Source: Malacoraja senta (Eukaryota). From it: 64,000 nt of DNA. Each line of letters opens with the position of its first letter. The stretch's first letter is position 1. The notes beneath the pieces were generated by a model that had not been told where the DNA came from, ran no database searches, and saw nothing but the letters and a program-made list of their open reading frames with translations. Location: NCBI GenBank assembly GCA_038087875.1, contig CM075978.1, positions 24,552,001-24,616,000 of the forward strand, given 5' to 3'. Positions 60,015-64,000 of this stretch are shown here, piece by piece. The translations under genes were made by a program, and so were the position numbers.

Positions 60015-62870
60015 TGAAGAGTTGAAAGACGACGATCGAACCGTTTTGAGAAATACTGTGAAAATAATCCACTGTCACTGTATCTCTGCTATTCCTGGTT
60101 AATCTTTTGTAAAGGTTTTGGGGAAAGGTGGGGAGACAGTGAGTAGATTGGTGTGGGATGCGTGTTTCAGTGATGCAGATGATTAATAAGTGTTTTATGG
60201 GTGAGGGTTTAGAGGTGCCATTCATAAAAGCCAGAACTAAAAATGAGAGTTCTCCTATTGTTCTAACCTATTTTGCTACAATGTGTCCTTTGTATAGTTT
60301 TATAATTTATATGGTTTTAATATATTATGTTATATGCTTGAACGGCCTGTCAGGATAAAGCTGTAAATCATTTTATGGCTATAGTGTAATCTTAGCAGTA
60401 AATTATTTACTTACTTAGAGATGCTTTCTTTTAGTAAGAACATTTAGTAATGATCATTCACTGCAGTTTGGTTTAAATTCTCAGGTGTGTAGGTAAATAT
60501 TGAGAAGGAAAATTCTGCACAGAGATCAATGGCAAGGTGAATTAGTATTTTCTACCTTCTGAAATATTCTGTAAAAGCTTTAAAAATATTTTGCAAATGT
60601 GTTGCTGAAAGTCTTAGCAATATTGTACTATGATTACACTTATTTTTGAATAAAGGGATCATCTGTGAAATCCTACTCCATCTTCAGGTACACAGGGAAA
60701 TATTGTGACAATTTAATTGAAACTGAATTATGAATTTTGTTTTTACTGTTGTGTACCAGTTATATTTTTACCATTTGCAGTCTAATCTTCATTGTGACTT
60801 TGATACTATTTATAGTCCCAATGATTGCTGCTCCTTATGTTACTTAAATTGCCCATCTTCTGTTCTGTCCATATTCAATATATCAAACTGCAAATACCTG
60901 CATAAATATCTTTAACGATTCAAGGATGGAAGTTATAATTGATAGCACAGCTGAGTAGCATGAATATTAAAAGGAATTGAGCTGTGATCCTAAATTAATG
61001 ACAGGTTGTAATAATCCAGAATCTTTGCAACTTCCTAAATGGAAAGATTATCCAGAATTTTTAATCGTTTAACAGCCGAATCATAATTAAAATATTTATT
61101 TATAATGCAGATGTAGCTTTTGAAATGTATGCTAATATTTCCCCAGGGTTATTTTGCAATTCTTTTGGGTAAATCATGTTGTTTAGAATGTATGAAAGTG
61201 GAGATGTAACTTGGTAAATATAGTATTTACCAAGGTAAAAAAAACTGATTCAGGATACAAATGCATTTTTTCTCTTCTTGCATTGAGGTGCTTTTGGTAA
61301 AGATACTATTATTTTCACAAACGAGTATCTTGAAACTATAAAAATCACTCACATGGCAGAATGAAAATCTATCTGAATTTATAAAACTTTTGTCTGTGTA
61401 ATGCTTGCAATTACTTCATTGAGGTTAAGCAGATTTGCATATCTGACTTATTGACTCCCTGTCGATAGAAATTGATTGTTTTATTTGCTTATTATGTACA
61501 GAACAATTTGGAGACTTGAGTAGGACATGTTTCTGAATGTGGCATTATCCATATTTTTACAATTTCCAAATTTTCAGTGTGGATCAAAAGTCAAGTGACC
61601 AGATATTACCCTTTAGGATCTTGTACATTAATTTCAATTACCACTGATACTTTCCATTACGTGGAAATATGCTCATGGAAATTCAGTAAAGATTAATATA
61701 TTTATTTGCCTTTTTATATTTTATAACGTTGTTGATTGTCCATAATTGAGCATTACAATATGTTAAAAAAGACACCGGGATTATTGGATTTAACCTTTGC
61801 TTAATTCCACTGCGGATAATTCCAGGTGACTGACCCTGGTAACAAACGTGTTCTGTTTTTACAGAGGCAGTTAGTTGATTTTGTCAGTAAGTTGTAAAAT
61901 ATTCAATATAGTAACCATACCCCCTCGGTAATGGATGACATCAAAAGCACATAAGATTGATAAGAAAGAATGATTACTAAAAGTGGAGAGAGGAAACTTG
62001 TTCTACCGTTCATAGGAATGATTGATTGTCTGTATGTTGGACTTTTCAATTTAATATTATGGAAGCTCATTCACATGTAAGGGTGTCCAAAAAGAGGCTG
62101 TTCATAATCCGGGGTCGGCCAGTATAAAAAAGATTAACTATTGAAGGACTAACTAAGTATTGTAGTGGTGTTGAGCACTCAGCAACATAATGATAAATCT
62201 TGTTGGAAAAATCCAGTATTACAAAATAGTCGAAGTTCTTGCAAAGTTGTTCGAAAGGTCCATGTTGATTTTGTCAGTATTCTGCACAAATGTTAATCTT
62301 GTCACTTGATCTGCAGGAAACTCCATTTGTTATAACAACAGTGGAGGATTAAAATTGCAATCGTCAGTGCAGAGATGGCCTTTTTTGATTATTTTTTTTT
62401 CCCGATTGTCACAGCAATGCTAATTTCTGAAGAGTTTACTGATTACATTTTGGGGTTATTGCCTCTTCAGGTGTACACCATTGAAATTTCCTCAGTTAAA
62501 ATATAAATAACATTTGGTTTGGTAAAGAATCTTGCCTAGGATGCTAATTGATTTCTTGTGATGTATCACATGCTAATAAAGGCATTTGCAAAAATGATTG
62601 CGTATTGCATATATTTTAGTTTGCATTCGGATTTTGCTTTGCATCACTTTTATACTTAGCAATAAGTAAGAAGCGTTAGAATGATGAGATTTTAAAAAAT
62701 GTGTTGCTTCATGTCATTCACAGCAGTAGGAAATATAATAATCCCAAAGCAATAAAAAGGAACAACGTTATCCCTGAAAACATTACTTCTACAAATCTTT
62801 CCCAGTCTTTGACCATCTAAGGTAAAATGTGACGGTAGTTTTAACTTTCAATCATTGCTCAAATAAAACA
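60015..62870 (+). other. PELI2: PELI2 3'UTR with candidate polyadenylation signals
   Basis: AT-rich stretch after the stop with no recognisable TE. AATAAA at 60649, 62575, 62751 and 62862. End approximate. Confidence 0.55.
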
Positions 62871-64000
62871 ATAATTGAGATGCCGTCCATTATTTATCTT
62901 ACTTCAATTTACTTCAGGGGAAATAATTGTTGGTGATTGTTCTGATTATCACCCATTTTATAGTTCCAAAAATATATATATTTTGCTCTCTTGAAGATCT
63001 CAACTTTGGATTGTGCATATTACATCCTTAAGAATGAAAATGAATCACTGGTTACCTTAGGTCAAAATACTACTTCCGGTTGATTTGAATCAAAAGTGAA
63101 CTACATTCTCTTTCCCATGGAGTCTTTTCACTTATTATTAATCCAAGAATATTCACACTCGTAATTCAATATTTTTTATTTTTTCATGAGACCTCATCCG
63201 TCTTTCTCTTCTTTTTGTTTAAATTAAAGTAGTTGGCTAGTTGCAAAATATAGTTTGATACTTTTGAAAACATTTTTGTTGCTTAAATGTTTTAATGTCA
63301 TACTCTTGCTGATAATTGTGCTGAACAGCAGGAACAATGATCCTTGAAAATGGAGAAAAATAGAACAGATATTCTATAAATATTTTTATATTCAGGGAAT
63401 TTTTTTAGTTAAGACCAATGTAGGTTCCTTACAAACAGAAACAGGAGAAATTATATAGAATGTAGAACAGAACAGCACAGGAGCAGGTCCTTCAGAGGGA
63501 TCTTGGAATCCAAGTCCATAACTCCCAGAAAATGTCTGTCCCAAACATGATGCCAAGACCAACTCTTATTTGCCTGCACATAATCCATATCCCCACATTC
63601 CCTGCAGAGCCATGTGTCTATCCAGAAGCCTCTTAAATGTCATTATCATATCTGCCTCCACCAGCAGTGCATTCCAGGCACTCACCACCGTTTGTGTAAA
63701 TAGACTTGCCCCACGCATCTCCTTTCGACTTTGCCTCTCTCACCTTAAAGCTATGCCCTCTAGTATTTCCTCCCTGGGGAAAAGGGTTCTGACTGTCTCA
63801 TAATTTTACATACTATCAGATTTCTCCTCAACTTCCAGCGTTCCAGAGAAAACAAAGTCTGTCCAAACTCTCACTGTAGTTAACACCCCTAATCCAGGCA
63901 TCATTTTGGTAAACCTCTTCTGCTCCCTTTCTAAAGCCTCCACGTCGTTCCTGTAGTGGGGCGACCTACCTGCACACAATACGACCAAATGCGACCTAAC

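Noticed and set aside
60011-60030. CTGATGA...GAAA hammerhead-like string at the PELI2 stop
   Set aside because: No stem II pairing; a coincidence of tandem stop codons.

Overview
This is eukaryotic (vertebrate) genomic DNA, most likely a cartilaginous fish such as a skate or ray; that is inferred from HE1-type tRNA SINEs and the CR1/Penelope repeat content. It holds two incomplete + strand multi-exon genes separated by a 200-N scaffold gap (33519-33718). The first is galectin-3 (LGALS3): an ATG exon, a tandemly duplicated 12-nt micro-exon, a Trp-type [10 protein letters not shown] repeat exon and two CRD exons; I could not find the last CRD exon. The second is Pellino-2 (PELI2): exons 3-6 plus 3'UTR; I could not find exons 1-2. 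The rest is a dense TE landscape: CR1 LINEs (one near full length), three Tc1 elements (one with an intact DD34E transposase), hAT and PIF/Harbinger non-autonomous elements with TSDs, Penelope-like fragments with hammerhead-ribozyme-like motifs, SINEs, and five non-autonomous Helitron copies with different cargos. Most notable: (a) two Helitron copies appear to carry a captured, decayed SAC3D1-like host exon with its splice donor; (b) the duplicated galectin-3 micro-exon; (c) the phase-compatible LGALS3/PELI2 juxtaposition across the gap, most likely an assembly artefact. Protein identifications rest on remembered family motifs, not database searches.
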